Source: Methanothermobacter thermautotrophicus str. Delta H
Lineage (GTDB): Archaea > Methanobacteriota > Methanobacteria > Methanobacteriales > Methanothermobacteraceae
Length of the DNA stretch: 32,000 bases
Reading direction: 5' to 3'
NCBI RefSeq assembly: GCF_000008645.1
Contig: NC_000916.1
Coordinates: forward strand, 360,001-392,000
Shown: piece after piece, positions 16,909 through 26,331 of the stretch
How the letters are laid out: every line of letters begins with the position of its first letter
Position numbering within the stretch: position 1 is the first letter of the stretch
Made by a program: the position numbers and the translations under genes
The notes under the pieces: generated by a model
Told to the model about the DNA's origin: nothing
Database searches by the model: none
What the model saw: only the letters and a program-made list of their open reading frames with translations

Positions 16909-18846
16909 ATGAAGTTTAAACTGGTATCAGATTACAGACCCCTCGGGGATCAGCCAAAGGCGATAAGGTCCCTTGTTAACGGTATAAAGGCCGGGATGAG
17001 GGAGCAGACACTCCTGGGGGTCACGGGTTCAGGTAAGACCTTCACAGTGGCCAATGTGATCGCAGAGGTCCAGAAGCCGACGCTGGTAATATCACACAAC
17101 AAGACCCTGGCTGCGCAGCTCTATGAGGAGTTCAGGGAGTTCTTCCCTGAGAACGCCGTGGAGTACTTCGTGAGTTACTATGATTTCTACCAGCCAGAGG
17201 CATACATACCCCAGACAGACACCTACATAGACAAGGAGGCATCCATAAACGACGAGATAGACCGGATGAGGCACTCGGCAACCCAGTCCCTCCTCTCCAG
17301 GGACGACGTCATCGTGGTATCCAGTGTCTCCTGCATCTACGGTATAGGTGCACCGACAGACTACGGTGAATTCACCCTCCACCTCGAGGTCGGATCCGGC
17401 CCCGGCAGGGAGGAGGTGCTGGAGGGCCTCATAAACATGCAGTATGAGCGAAACGATGTCGAATTCGACAGGGGACAGTTCAGGGTCAGGGGTGACACCG
17501 TAGAGATCAACCCCATCCATGGAACACCCCCCATAAGGATAGAATTCTTCGGCGACGAGATAGACTCCATATCAACGGTTCACAGGGTCACCGGCAGGAG
17601 GATACAGAAACTGGACCGTGTAACCATATTCCCGGCCAAGCACTTCGTGATACCCGAGGACAGGCTCCAGAGGGCGATAGAGTCAATAGAGGCTGAACTT
17701 GAGGAGAGATTAACTGAACTTAGATCCCAGAACAAACTTCTGGAGGCCCAGAGGCTCGAACAGAGGACAAGGTTCGACATGGAGATGCTTAGGGAGATGG
17801 GCTACTGCCAGGGCATAGAGAACTACTCAATGCACCTCAGCGGCAGGAAGTGGGGTGAGAAACCAAACACGCTCCTGGACTACTTCCCTGAGGACTTCCT
17901 CACAGTCATCGACGAATCCCATGTGACGGTACCCCAGATAAGGGGCATGTACAACGGTGACCGGGCAAGGAAGGACACCCTGGTGGAGTACGGCTTCAGA
18001 CTACCCAGTGCCCGGGAGAACAGGCCCCTCCGTTTCGACGAGTTCCAGGAGAGCGTGAACCAGGTGATCTATGTCTCTGCAACTCCTGGAAGGTATGAAC
18101 TCTCAAGGAGCCAGAACATCGTTGAACAGATCATAAGGCCCACAGGTCTGGTGGACCCTGAGGTCAGGATAAGGCCGGTGAAGGGCCAGGTGGATGACCT
18201 CCTCTCCGAGATAAGGAGGCGGGTTGAGCGGGGTGAGAGGGTCCTTGTAACCACCCTCACAAAGAGGATGGCCGAGGACCTCACAGACTACTACTCGAGG
18301 GTCGGCGTGAAGGTCAGGTACCTCCACTCAGAGATAGACACCCTCGAGCGTGTTGAGATCATAGACGACCTCAGGAGGGGAGAATTCGACTGCCTGGTGG
18401 GTGTTAACCTCCTCAGGGAGGGCCTCGACCTTCCGGAGGTGGCACTGGTCGCAATACTCGATGCAGACAAGGAGGGCTTCCTGAGGTCAGAGACGTCACT
18501 TATACAGACAATCGGGAGGGCCGCCAGGAACGTTAACGGTGAGGTGCTCATATACGCCGGCAGGTTCACAGACTCAGTGATGGCGGCGGTTGAGACAACC
18601 AACAGGAGAAGGAAGCTGCAGATGGAGTACAACCGCAGGCATGGTATAAAACCAAGGAGTACAAGGAGGACCCTCCGGGAAGAAGAAGGACCGTTGAGGA
18701 ACCTGAAGGTGGATGAGATACCAGACCATGAACTTGAACTCATAATAAAGGACCTGGAGGCAGAGATGAGGGACGCTGCAAGGAACCTTGAATTCGAGAG
18801 GGCCGCCAGGATCAGGGACAGGATAATGTCCCTTAAGAGCAATTAA
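16909..18846 (+). CDS. uvrB: Excinuclease ABC subunit B (UvrB)
   Basis: GDQPKAI...[11 protein letters not shown]...NKTLAAQLY...[26 protein letters not shown], helicase motifs and a C-terminal UVR motif ([11 protein letters not shown]). The start is ATG 16909 or the adjacent GTG 16906. Confidence 0.95.
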   Translation: MKFKLVSDYRPLGDQPKAIRSLVNGIKAGMREQTLLGVTGSGKTFTVANVIAEVQKPTLVISHNKTLAAQLYEEFREFFPENAVEYFVSYYDFYQPEAYIPQTDTYIDKEASINDEIDRMRHSATQSLLSRDDVIVVSSVSCIYGIGAPTDYGEFTLHLEVGSGPGREEVLEGLINMQYERNDVEFDRGQFRVRGDTVEINPIHGTPPIRIEFFGDEIDSISTVHRVTGRRIQKLDRVTIFPAKHFVIPEDRLQRAIESIEAELEERLTELRSQNKLLEAQRLEQRTRFDMEMLREMGYCQGIENYSMHLSGRKWGEKPNTLLDYFPEDFLTVIDESHVTVPQIRGMYNGDRARKDTLVEYGFRLPSARENRPLRFDEFQESVNQVIYVSATPGRYELSRSQNIVEQIIRPTGLVDPEVRIRPVKGQVDDLLSEIRRRVERGERVLVTTLTKRMAEDLTDYYSRVGVKVRYLHSEIDTLERVEIIDDLRRGEFDCLVGVNLLREGLDLPEVALVAILDADKEGFLRSETSLIQTIGRAARNVNGEVLIYAGRFTDSVMAAVETTNRRRKLQMEYNRRHGIKPRSTRRTLREEEGPLRNLKVDEIPDHELELIIKDLEAEMRDAARNLEFERAARIRDRIMSLKSN

Positions 18847-18905
18847 ACATTTTCTGGTAATGAGAATTAAGGCAGGATTAAAGAGTTTTGGAGACACTGA
18901 GGATC

Positions 18906-21776
18906 ATGAGTGGTAAAATAGTCATTAAGGGTGCCAGGGAGCACAACCTCCAGAACGTGGACCTTGAACTTCCACGGGATAAATTCATTGTCATAACAGG
19001 TATAAGCGGGTCAGGAAAGTCTTCACTGGCCTTCGACACGATATACGCTGAGGGGCAGCGCAGGTACGTGGAGTCCCTCTCAGCCTATGCAAGGCAGTTC
19101 CTGGGACAGATGAAGAAGCCAGAGATGGACTACATAGAGGGGCTGTCACCGGCCATATCCATCGACCAGAAGACGACCCGGGTCAACCCCAGATCAACGG
19201 TGGGGACAATAACAGAGATCTACGACTACCTGAGGCTGCTATTTGCAAGGATAGGTAAACCCCACTGCTACCTCTGCGGCAGGGAGATAGAGCAGCAGAC
19301 CTCGACCCAGATAGTCGACAGGATAATGGATGACGGTGAGGGTGAACGGATAATAATACTCGCCCCTGTGGTCAGGGACCGTAAGGGGGAACACCAGCGT
19401 GTATTCGAGAGGCTCAGGGAGCAGGGCTTCGTGAGGGTCAGGGTCGACGGTGAGATACACGACCTTGAAGACGAATTCGATCTTGACAGAAACAGGAAGC
19501 ACTCAATAGACGTTGTTGTGGACAGGCTGGTTGTGAGGAGGGACACGGAGTTCAGAAAGAGGCTTGCGGACTCCGTTGAAACAGCCCTCCAGCTGGGGGA
19601 GGGGACCGTCAGGGTTCCTTCAACCATGACACCGGGCGAGGAGAGGATCTACAGTGAACACTTCGCCTGCCCTGGAACTGCGGGTATAAACTTCGAGGAG
19701 ATCAGCCCCAGGATGTTCTCATTTAACAGTCCCCATGGGGCCTGCCCTGAGTGTAACGGCCTCGGAAGCAAACTTGAGATCGACCCTGACCTGGTGGTGC
19801 CCTACCCTGAACGCTCAATAAACGAGGGCGCCATTGTGCCCTGGAGCAAATCAGGGAAGAGGGACAACTACTACCACCAGATGCTGAGGGCGGTGGCCGA
19901 ACACTACGGCTTCAGCCTCGACACACCCTTCAGGGACCTGGACGAGGAACACCGGAGGGCCATTCTCTACGGGACCGATGAGAAGATACAGTTCGTATTT
20001 CAGAGAAAAAACAGGACCTACCGGGTGAACAGGCGCTTCGAGGGTGTCATACCCCGCATGGAGAGGATATACATGGAGACCAAGTCCAACTACATGAGGA
20101 CCTACATAGGCAGGTTCATGAGCAACCACGCCTGTCCGGTATGCGGGGGAAGCAGGCTCCGCCCTGAGAGCCTCTCAGTCACCATCAACGGAAGATCAAT
20201 ACATGACGTTGTTGAGATGTCAATCAGGGAGGCCCATGAATTCTTCGACTCCCTCAAGCTCACCGAACGCGAGGAGTACATAGCCAGGGAGGTCCTCAAG
20301 GAGATAAGGGAGAGGCTGCGCTTTCTGATCGACGTGGGCCTGGATTACCTCACACTTTCAAGGTCATCAGGAACCCTCTCAGGGGGGGAGGCCCAGAGGA
20401 TAAGGCTCGCCACCCAGATAGGCTCCGGCCTTGTGGGGGTCCTCTACATCCTGGATGAGCCCAGCATAGGACTCCACCAGCGGGACAACAGGAGACTCAT
20501 AGAGACACTAAAGAGACTCAGGGACCTTGGGAACACCCTCATAGTGGTGGAACACGACGAGGAAACAATACTCTCGGCAGACCACGTTGTCGACATCGGA
20601 CCGGGCGCGGGTGAACACGGAGGATGTGTGGTTGCAGAGGGCACACCTGAGGAGATAATGGAGGACCCGGATTCACTCACAGGGGCCTACCTCTCAGGTA
20701 GGGAAACAATACCCCTACCCGAGGTCAGGAGGAGGCCATCAGGAAGGTACCTGACTGTGAGGGGCGCTGCCGAGAACAACCTCAGAGAAATCGACGTCAG
20801 GATACCCCTGGGACTGTTCACCTGTGTCACAGGGGTCTCAGGGTCAGGGAAGAGCACACTCGTCAATGACATACTCTACAGGGGTGTCTATGAGAGGCTC
20901 AACCACAAGCACATGAACGCCGGGAGGCACACCGACATTGAGGGCCTCCAGCACATCGATAAGGTCGTGATGATAGACCAGTCACCCATAGGTAGAACAC
21001 CACGCTCAAACCCGGCAACCTACACAGGGGTGTTCACCCACATCAGGGAGCTCTTTGCCCAGACACCTGAGGCCAGGAAGCGTGGATACAGGCCGGGCAG
21101 GTTCAGCTTCAACGTCAAGGGCGGGCGCTGCGAGGCCTGCGGCGGGGACGGTATAATCAAGATAGAGATGCACTTCCTGGCAGACGTCTACGTCCCCTGT
21201 GAGGTGTGCAGGGGCAGGAGATACAATGAGGAGACCCTTGAGATACGCTACAGGGGCAGGAACATCGCGGAGGTCCTTGACATGACCGTGGAGGAGGCCC
21301 TCGAATTCTTTGAGAACATACCCCAGGTGAGGAGGAAGCTCCAGACACTCTATGACGTGGGCCTCGGCTACATAAAACTCGGGCAGCCCGCAACGACCCT
21401 CTCGGGTGGTGAGGCCCAGAGGGTGAAACTTGCGAAGGAGCTCAGCAGGAGGAGTACCGGCAGTACACTGTACATCCTTGATGAGCCGACCACGGGTCTC
21501 CACTTCGATGACATCAAGAAGCTCCTCAATGTCCTGGGACGGCTTGTGGATGCCGGGAACACCGCCGTTGTCATAGAACACAACCTTGATGTTATAAAGT
21601 CCGCGGACCACATCATAGACCTCGGACCCGAGGGTGGTGAGAGGGGTGGCCTCGTCGTTGCAGAGGGAACACCAGAGGAGGTTGCTGCATCAGGTACACA
21701 CACCGGCCGCTTCCTCAGGGAGGTCCTGGCGGATGAACGCAGCCAGAAGGTCCCTGTGGGTCAGGATACAGGATGA
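18906..21776 (+). CDS. uvrA: Excinuclease ABC subunit A (UvrA)
   Basis: [18 protein letters not shown]..., two ABC ATPase modules (GISGSGKSS and GVSGSGKST Walker A; LSGGEAQR signatures) and a C-terminal zinc finger, CEACGGDG...CEVCRG. ATG 18906 follows a GAGGAT RBS; the track TTG at 18888 is less likely. Confidence 0.95.
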   Translation: MSGKIVIKGAREHNLQNVDLELPRDKFIVITGISGSGKSSLAFDTIYAEGQRRYVESLSAYARQFLGQMKKPEMDYIEGLSPAISIDQKTTRVNPRSTVGTITEIYDYLRLLFARIGKPHCYLCGREIEQQTSTQIVDRIMDDGEGERIIILAPVVRDRKGEHQRVFERLREQGFVRVRVDGEIHDLEDEFDLDRNRKHSIDVVVDRLVVRRDTEFRKRLADSVETALQLGEGTVRVPSTMTPGEERIYSEHFACPGTAGINFEEISPRMFSFNSPHGACPECNGLGSKLEIDPDLVVPYPERSINEGAIVPWSKSGKRDNYYHQMLRAVAEHYGFSLDTPFRDLDEEHRRAILYGTDEKIQFVFQRKNRTYRVNRRFEGVIPRMERIYMETKSNYMRTYIGRFMSNHACPVCGGSRLRPESLSVTINGRSIHDVVEMSIREAHEFFDSLKLTEREEYIAREVLKEIRERLRFLIDVGLDYLTLSRSSGTLSGGEAQRIRLATQIGSGLVGVLYILDEPSIGLHQRDNRRLIETLKRLRDLGNTLIVVEHDEETILSADHVVDIGPGAGEHGGCVVAEGTPEEIMEDPDSLTGAYLSGRETIPLPEVRRRPSGRYLTVRGAAENNLREIDVRIPLGLFTCVTGVSGSGKSTLVNDILYRGVYERLNHKHMNAGRHTDIEGLQHIDKVVMIDQSPIGRTPRSNPATYTGVFTHIRELFAQTPEARKRGYRPGRFSFNVKGGRCEACGGDGIIKIEMHFLADVYVPCEVCRGRRYNEETLEIRYRGRNIAEVLDMTVEEALEFFENIPQVRRKLQTLYDVGLGYIKLGQPATTLSGGEAQRVKLAKELSRRSTGSTLYILDEPTTGLHFDDIKKLLNVLGRLVDAGNTAVVIEHNLDVIKSADHIIDLGPEGGERGGLVVAEGTPEEVAASGTHTGRFLREVLADERSQKVPVGQDTG

Positions 21777-21813
21777 TCCCTGCATCAGTGAGGTATCTGA
21801 TCCACTCTTATCA

Positions 21814-21948
21814 TTTCATGGATAAGAGGTTCCATGAAACGCATGGCTCTTCACGGATCTCTGCTCTTCCAGAGGTCCGGCTGATTTTTCTGACTCTCCT
21901 CTTCTGGTCATGGAATTTTTTGCTGTTTCTCTGGACTCTCATGTTTTT
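21814..21948 (+). terminator. Post-uvrA hairpin followed by three oligo-T tracts
   Basis: A perfect 9-bp stem, tttcatgga/tccatgaaa (21814-21822 and 21831-21839, 8-nt loop), is followed by T5 (21885-21889), T6 (21916-21921) and T5 (21944-21948). Confidence 0.45.
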
Positions 21949-21961
21949 AGCCATATCAAGG

Positions 21962-21978
21962 AAATTTTTTTATATAAT
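21962..21978 (+). promoter_or_regulatory. Putative BRE/TATA (gaaatttttttatataa) for the histidine kinase operon
   Basis: The TATA-like box ends about 25 nt upstream of ATG 22003. This implies a leaderless or very short-leader mRNA. Confidence 0.45.
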
Positions 21979-22002
21979 CATAACCAGAAATTTTATGTGG
22001 TT

Positions 22003-23031
22003 ATGATGAAGCATGACGATGTTCTAATGATTCTTGCAGCAGCCGCTCTGATGTTCTCCTTTAGCTGGGTGCATGGCATGTTACTGGTTCTACCACTGCT
22101 TGCAATCCCTCAACTGTCCTCAAGGACCCTTAAATGGGGGGTCCTCGTTCTGGCAGTTTTCGTGGCCCTCCTGATACTCCAGCCGATGACAAGGGCAGTT
22201 GGCCTTAACATATCAGATGAGCTCTTCAGACTGGTTCTCCTGTTACTTTTCACGTTCATGGTGGCCCTCCTCATCGAGAGGATTGAAAAGGTCCGCTCTC
22301 TGAGGGAACTGAACCTTGAACTGAAGAAACAGGCTGAAAAACTTGAGGATGCGAACAAGGAACTTGAGGCATTCGCATACTCTGTCTCCCATGACCTCAG
22401 GGTCCCCCTGAGGGCTATAGACGGCTTTTCAAGGATACTCGTGGAGGACTATGAGGATAAACTCGATGATGAGGGGGTAAGGATCCTCGGGATAATAAGG
22501 GATAACACAAGGAAGATGGGTCAGCTCATAGACGACATACTCCTCCTCTCAAGGGCAGGCAGGCAGGAGATGAACCTTGCAATGCTTGACATGAGGGAAC
22601 TGGCAGAGTCAACCTACAGGGAACTCGCATCCCAGGAGGAGGGGCGTTCAATAGAGTTTTCGGTGGCTGATCTTCCACCTGCAATGGCTGACCGCGCCCT
22701 CATGGGGCAGGTCATGGGCAACCTCCTGTCAAACGCCATAAAATTCACAAGGGACCGGGACCCCGCGGTGATAGAGGTCGGCTACATGGATGGTGGTGAT
22801 GAACACACATACTATGTTAAGGATAACGGCGCCGGCTTTGACATGAAGTATGCCAGCAAACTCTTCGGACTCTTCCAGAGACTGCACAGCCAGGAAGAAT
22901 TCGAGGGGACAGGAGTCGGACTCTCAATAGTCCAGAGAATCATAAAGAGGCATGGTGGAAGGGTCTGGGGTGAAGGAAAGGTTGATGGTGGTGCAACAAT
23001 ATACTTCACACTTCCAAAGGTGGTGAAATGA
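22003..23031 (+). CDS. Membrane-bound sensor histidine kinase (HisKA + HATPase_c)
   Basis: About 3-4 N-terminal TM helices and a coiled coil, an H-box [16 protein letters not shown], an N-box [10 protein letters not shown]-boxes DNGAGF and GTGVGLSIV. Start set at ATG 22003, because the upstream part of the track ORF (from 21910) covers terminator and promoter sequence. Confidence 0.85.
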   Translation: MMKHDDVLMILAAAALMFSFSWVHGMLLVLPLLAIPQLSSRTLKWGVLVLAVFVALLILQPMTRAVGLNISDELFRLVLLLLFTFMVALLIERIEKVRSLRELNLELKKQAEKLEDANKELEAFAYSVSHDLRVPLRAIDGFSRILVEDYEDKLDDEGVRILGIIRDNTRKMGQLIDDILLLSRAGRQEMNLAMLDMRELAESTYRELASQEEGRSIEFSVADLPPAMADRALMGQVMGNLLSNAIKFTRDRDPAVIEVGYMDGGDEHTYYVKDNGAGFDMKYASKLFGLFQRLHSQEEFEGTGVGLSIVQRIIKRHGGRVWGEGKVDGGATIYFTLPKVVK

Positions 23032-23465
23032 TGACAGATGCAGATATACTCCTGGTTGAGGATAACCCCACAGACGCGGAACTGACCATAAGGGCCCTGA
23101 AGAAGAACAACCTTGCCAACAAGCTCCACTGGGTGAAGGACGGGGCAGAGGCCCTTGACTACATATTTGCATCGGGTTCCTACTCTGATAGGGATCCGGA
23201 GAACCTCCCAAAACTGATCCTCCTGGACCTGAGGATGCCCAAGGTTGACGGCCTCGAGGTACTCCAGGAGATCAAGAGAAATGATTCAACCAGCAAGATC
23301 CCGGTCGTGGTTCTAACATCCTCCAAGGAGGACCGTGACATAGTGGAAAGCTATAAACTTGGGGTGAACAGCTACGTGAGCAAACCGGTGGAGTTCGATG
23401 AATTCATAAGCGCAGTTTCAACCCTTGGCTTCTACTGGATGATCATAAACCAGCCCCCGGAATAG
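23028..23465 (+). CDS. Stand-alone receiver (CheY/Rcp1-like) response regulator
   Basis: [13 protein letters not shown]...[13 protein letters not shown]...VVVLTSS...KPV: a REC domain only. Its start overlaps the kinase stop (ATGATGA). Confidence 0.9.
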   Translation: MMTDADILLVEDNPTDAELTIRALKKNNLANKLHWVKDGAEALDYIFASGSYSDRDPENLPKLILLDLRMPKVDGLEVLQEIKRNDSTSKIPVVVLTSSKEDRDIVESYKLGVNSYVSKPVEFDEFISAVSTLGFYWMIINQPPE

Positions 23466-23562
23466 GCATGTCTTGAAGACCAGACACCAGTGAAGAGCCC
23501 ACAATAAAATTTCCAGGCTTAAGGTGTCTTGAGCTCATTAACCGTAATGAAGAGGAACCGGA

Positions 23563-25314
23563 ATGTCAGAGAAATTGAAGGTACTGATACTTGAGGACGT
23601 CCCGCTTGACGCTGAACTTGTCATAAGGGAACTGCAGAGGGATGGTATAGAATTCGAGCACCTCACAGTTGACAGCGAGGACTCATTCAGGAGGGCCCTT
23701 GAGGAATTCAGCCCGGATATAATACTTGCAGACCACGCACTCCCCAGCTTCGACGGAGTATCTGCCCTGAGGATTGTGAGGGAGAACTATGACATCCCCT
23801 TCATATTTGTCAGTGGAAAGATCGGGGAGGAATTCGCTGTTGACATGCTCAAGGCAGGGGCCACCGATTACGTACTTAAGAATAACCTGTCAAAACTTCC
23901 ACTTGCCTTCAGGAGGGCGCTGCAGGAGGCTGAAGAAGAGAGAAAGATTAAAAAGGCCAGGAAAGCCCTTGAAGAGAGTGAAAGGAAATACAGGGCACTC
24001 TTTGAGAAATCAGGAAACCCGATATTCATCTGTTCAACCGATGGCATCATACTGGACGTTAACCCTGCAGCCGCAGGCTTCCTCAAGTCCTTCAGGGAGG
24101 ATATAATCGGGAGAAACATAAGGGAGTGGATCCATGAGGAGGACGCTGACAGGATATTCAGGGATGGAGAGGGCGGCCATCTGAAGTTCAGGGTGGGCCT
24201 CCGGGGACGCACCCTGGACACATCGGTAACAGCAGTTGAACTGGACCATGAGAAGCTCATATATATCATGGGTAAGGATGTGACCGCCCAGAAACGTATT
24301 GAGAAGGAACTCAAATCCAGCAAGGAGGAGTACAGGGTAATCTTCGAAAACACAGGCACACTCACTGTAATCTGCGGCAGCGACATGGTGATTGAACTTG
24401 CGAACTCAGCCTTTGAGGAGTTCTCAGGTTACAGTAAGGGCGAGATCCAGGGCTACATGAAGTTCACAGACTTTGTTGACGCCTCTGACGCAGCTCGCAT
24501 CGAGGCATACTACCGCCTTAAAGGTATCAACCCGGATGCCATCCCCCACAACTTCGAGGTGGTCCTCAGGAACCGGCAGGGTGAGGAGAGAAACTTCTTC
24601 GCAACCTCCGTTGTGATCCCGGGGAGTGAGAGGTGCCTCATATCCCTCATGGACATAACCCACAGGAAATCCGTTGAGAAACGCCTCAGGCGGTCCCTCA
24701 GGGAGAAGGAACTCCTCTTAAGGGAGGTGCACCATCGGGTCAAGAACAACCTCCAGATAATATCAACACTCCTCATGCTCCAGGCATCCACCACCGGCGA
24801 CAAGAGACTGAGGGACCTCTACAGGGACAGCCAGCACAGGATAGATGCCATATCCCTCATACACGAGAAGCTCTACGAGTCGAGGGACCTCTCAAGGGTT
24901 AACCTCAGGGACTACATCAAGACACTCCTCAGCGACCTCCTGGATTCCTATGGAGCAGACAGTAACGGCATCGATGTGAGGGTGAAGGTGGATGATGTGA
25001 GGCTCAACATTGAAACAGCCATCCCCTGCGGCCTCATAATCAATGAACTGGTATCAAATTCCCTCAAGTATGCATTCCCTGATGGTAAGGGTGAAATCAC
25101 CGTTGAAGTCCACAGTACCGGCGAGGGATACGAAATGACGGTTTCAGATAATGGGGTCGGCCTCCCGGAGGACCTTGACCTTGAGGGATCAGGCACACTG
25201 GGCCTCAGGATCGTCAGGAACCTCGTGGAGCAGATAGACGGGGAACTTGAAATAGAAAGGCCTGCAAGGTTCACAATAAAATTCACTGAGGTTGAGTACA
25301 GGAGGAGGTTCTAG
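23563..25314 (+). CDS. Hybrid sensor kinase: REC + two PAS + HisKA_2-type kinase core + HATPase_c
   Basis: An N-terminal REC (VLILEDV...IILADHALP...KN), two PAS regions (KYRALFEKSGNPIF; EYRVIFENTGT), an H-box EVHHRVKNNLQIISTLL, an N-box INELVSNSLKYAF, and DNGVGLP. Confidence 0.85.
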   Translation: MSEKLKVLILEDVPLDAELVIRELQRDGIEFEHLTVDSEDSFRRALEEFSPDIILADHALPSFDGVSALRIVRENYDIPFIFVSGKIGEEFAVDMLKAGATDYVLKNNLSKLPLAFRRALQEAEEERKIKKARKALEESERKYRALFEKSGNPIFICSTDGIILDVNPAAAGFLKSFREDIIGRNIREWIHEEDADRIFRDGEGGHLKFRVGLRGRTLDTSVTAVELDHEKLIYIMGKDVTAQKRIEKELKSSKEEYRVIFENTGTLTVICGSDMVIELANSAFEEFSGYSKGEIQGYMKFTDFVDASDAARIEAYYRLKGINPDAIPHNFEVVLRNRQGEERNFFATSVVIPGSERCLISLMDITHRKSVEKRLRRSLREKELLLREVHHRVKNNLQIISTLLMLQASTTGDKRLRDLYRDSQHRIDAISLIHEKLYESRDLSRVNLRDYIKTLLSDLLDSYGADSNGIDVRVKVDDVRLNIETAIPCGLIINELVSNSLKYAFPDGKGEITVEVHSTGEGYEMTVSDNGVGLPEDLDLEGSGTLGLRIVRNLVEQIDGELEIERPARFTIKFTEVEYRRRF

Positions 25315-25423
25315 TCTGGTCACGGCGTCACATTAAACCTTATTCTGCAGTGACATCAAAGTATCAGGGGCAATGTCCAGACATTAGTCCTCAGTGATAG
25401 CGGTTCCATAAAGGAGGTTTATC

Positions 25424-26257
25424 ATGGCAAAAATTCTTGTTGTTGAGGACGAGGCCATAGTGGCCATGGGTATAACCCACAAACTTGAATCAATGGGTCA
25501 CAGGGTTGTGGAGACAGTTTCAACAGGTAAGGACGCCATAATGGCGTGCAAGGTCCATGAACCGGACCTCGTTCTCATGGACATCGTCCTGAAGGGCGAA
25601 ATGGATGGTATAGAGGCTGCAAGAAGGATCCGGGACCAGTTCAACATCCCGATAATATACCTGACAGCCTATGCCGATGAGGAGATGCTGACACGTGCAA
25701 AGGTCACAGAGCCCTACGGGTACATAGTGAAGCCCTTCAAGTCATCTGAACTCAATGCCAACATTGAGATGGCCATCTACCGGCACAGATCCGCAATGAG
25801 GGAGAAGGAACTCATGAAGAAGCAGATAATCTCAGACTTCTATAACTTCATCCTCAACGCGATGCCCTCAACCGGAGCCGATGAGGATGCCATCAGGGAA
25901 CTGCTATCAGGTATATTCAGGGACAGGATCACACATGAACTCGGCCCCAGATTCAAGGCCCACATGGAGGAGTATCCGGACGATGACCTCCTCGAGGCAT
26001 ACCTCGCATGGGTCGCAGACATATTTGAAGGCTTCACTGTGAGGGTGGGTTTCCTTGAGGACGAAGAGAACGTTTATGTTGAATTTGAGAACTGCCCTTG
26101 GCTTGAAGATGCCCGAAAGAACCCCGGCTTCTGCCTGAACTGTGAGGCCATCCTGAAGTTAAGTTTTGAATGGAGCGAACTCCCCGGTGACTTCAGGGCC
26201 ATGGGGCAGATTGCAAGGGGAGATGACAGGTGCCTCTTCCGGTTTGGTGTTAAGTAA
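25424..26257 (+). CDS. Response regulator: REC + methanogen-type C-terminal output domain with four Cys
   Basis: An AGGAGG RBS precedes the start. The REC domain is highly similar to that of 13526-14773. The C-terminal domain contains NCPW...FCLNC...DRCLF and is paralogous to the C-terminus of the other regulator. Confidence 0.85.
   Translation: MAKILVVEDEAIVAMGITHKLESMGHRVVETVSTGKDAIMACKVHEPDLVLMDIVLKGEMDGIEAARRIRDQFNIPIIYLTAYADEEMLTRAKVTEPYGYIVKPFKSSELNANIEMAIYRHRSAMREKELMKKQIISDFYNFILNAMPSTGADEDAIRELLSGIFRDRITHELGPRFKAHMEEYPDDDLLEAYLAWVADIFEGFTVRVGFLEDEENVYVEFENCPWLEDARKNPGFCLNCEAILKLSFEWSELPGDFRAMGQIARGDDRCLFRFGVK
25560..25621 (+). repeat. Arm B of the 62-nt inverted repeat (see 14570-14631)
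   Basis: aaccggacctcgttctcatggacatcgtcctgaagggcgaaatggatggtatagaggctgca. The only mismatches to the reverse complement of arm A are at 25570 and 25573. Confidence 0.9.
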
Positions 26258-26331
26258 TTACCGGGTTTCAGTGTTGAGCGTATCAGAGCAAGTATAAAGA
26301 GACGTCAGGCTGAAGTTATGATGGTACACGC

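Noticed and set aside
21006-21611. Long antisense ORFs inside well-supported genes, e.g. 21006-21611(-), 18291-18842(-), 29243-29809(-), 23868-24386(-), 28175-28618(-), 11205-11630(-)
   Set aside because: These are shadow ORFs opposite genes with clear family signatures. Their products are Ser/Arg/Pro-rich with low complexity, and they lack RBSs or promoters.
21773-22006. 77-aa ORF overlapping the uvrA stop (ATGA), and the 31-codon upstream extension of the histidine kinase ORF (21910-22002)
   Set aside because: Both run through a T-rich spacer with a hairpin, four oligo-T tracts and a TATA box. The predicted peptides are Phe/Leu-rich translations of T-runs with no RBS. I treat the region as terminator plus promoter.
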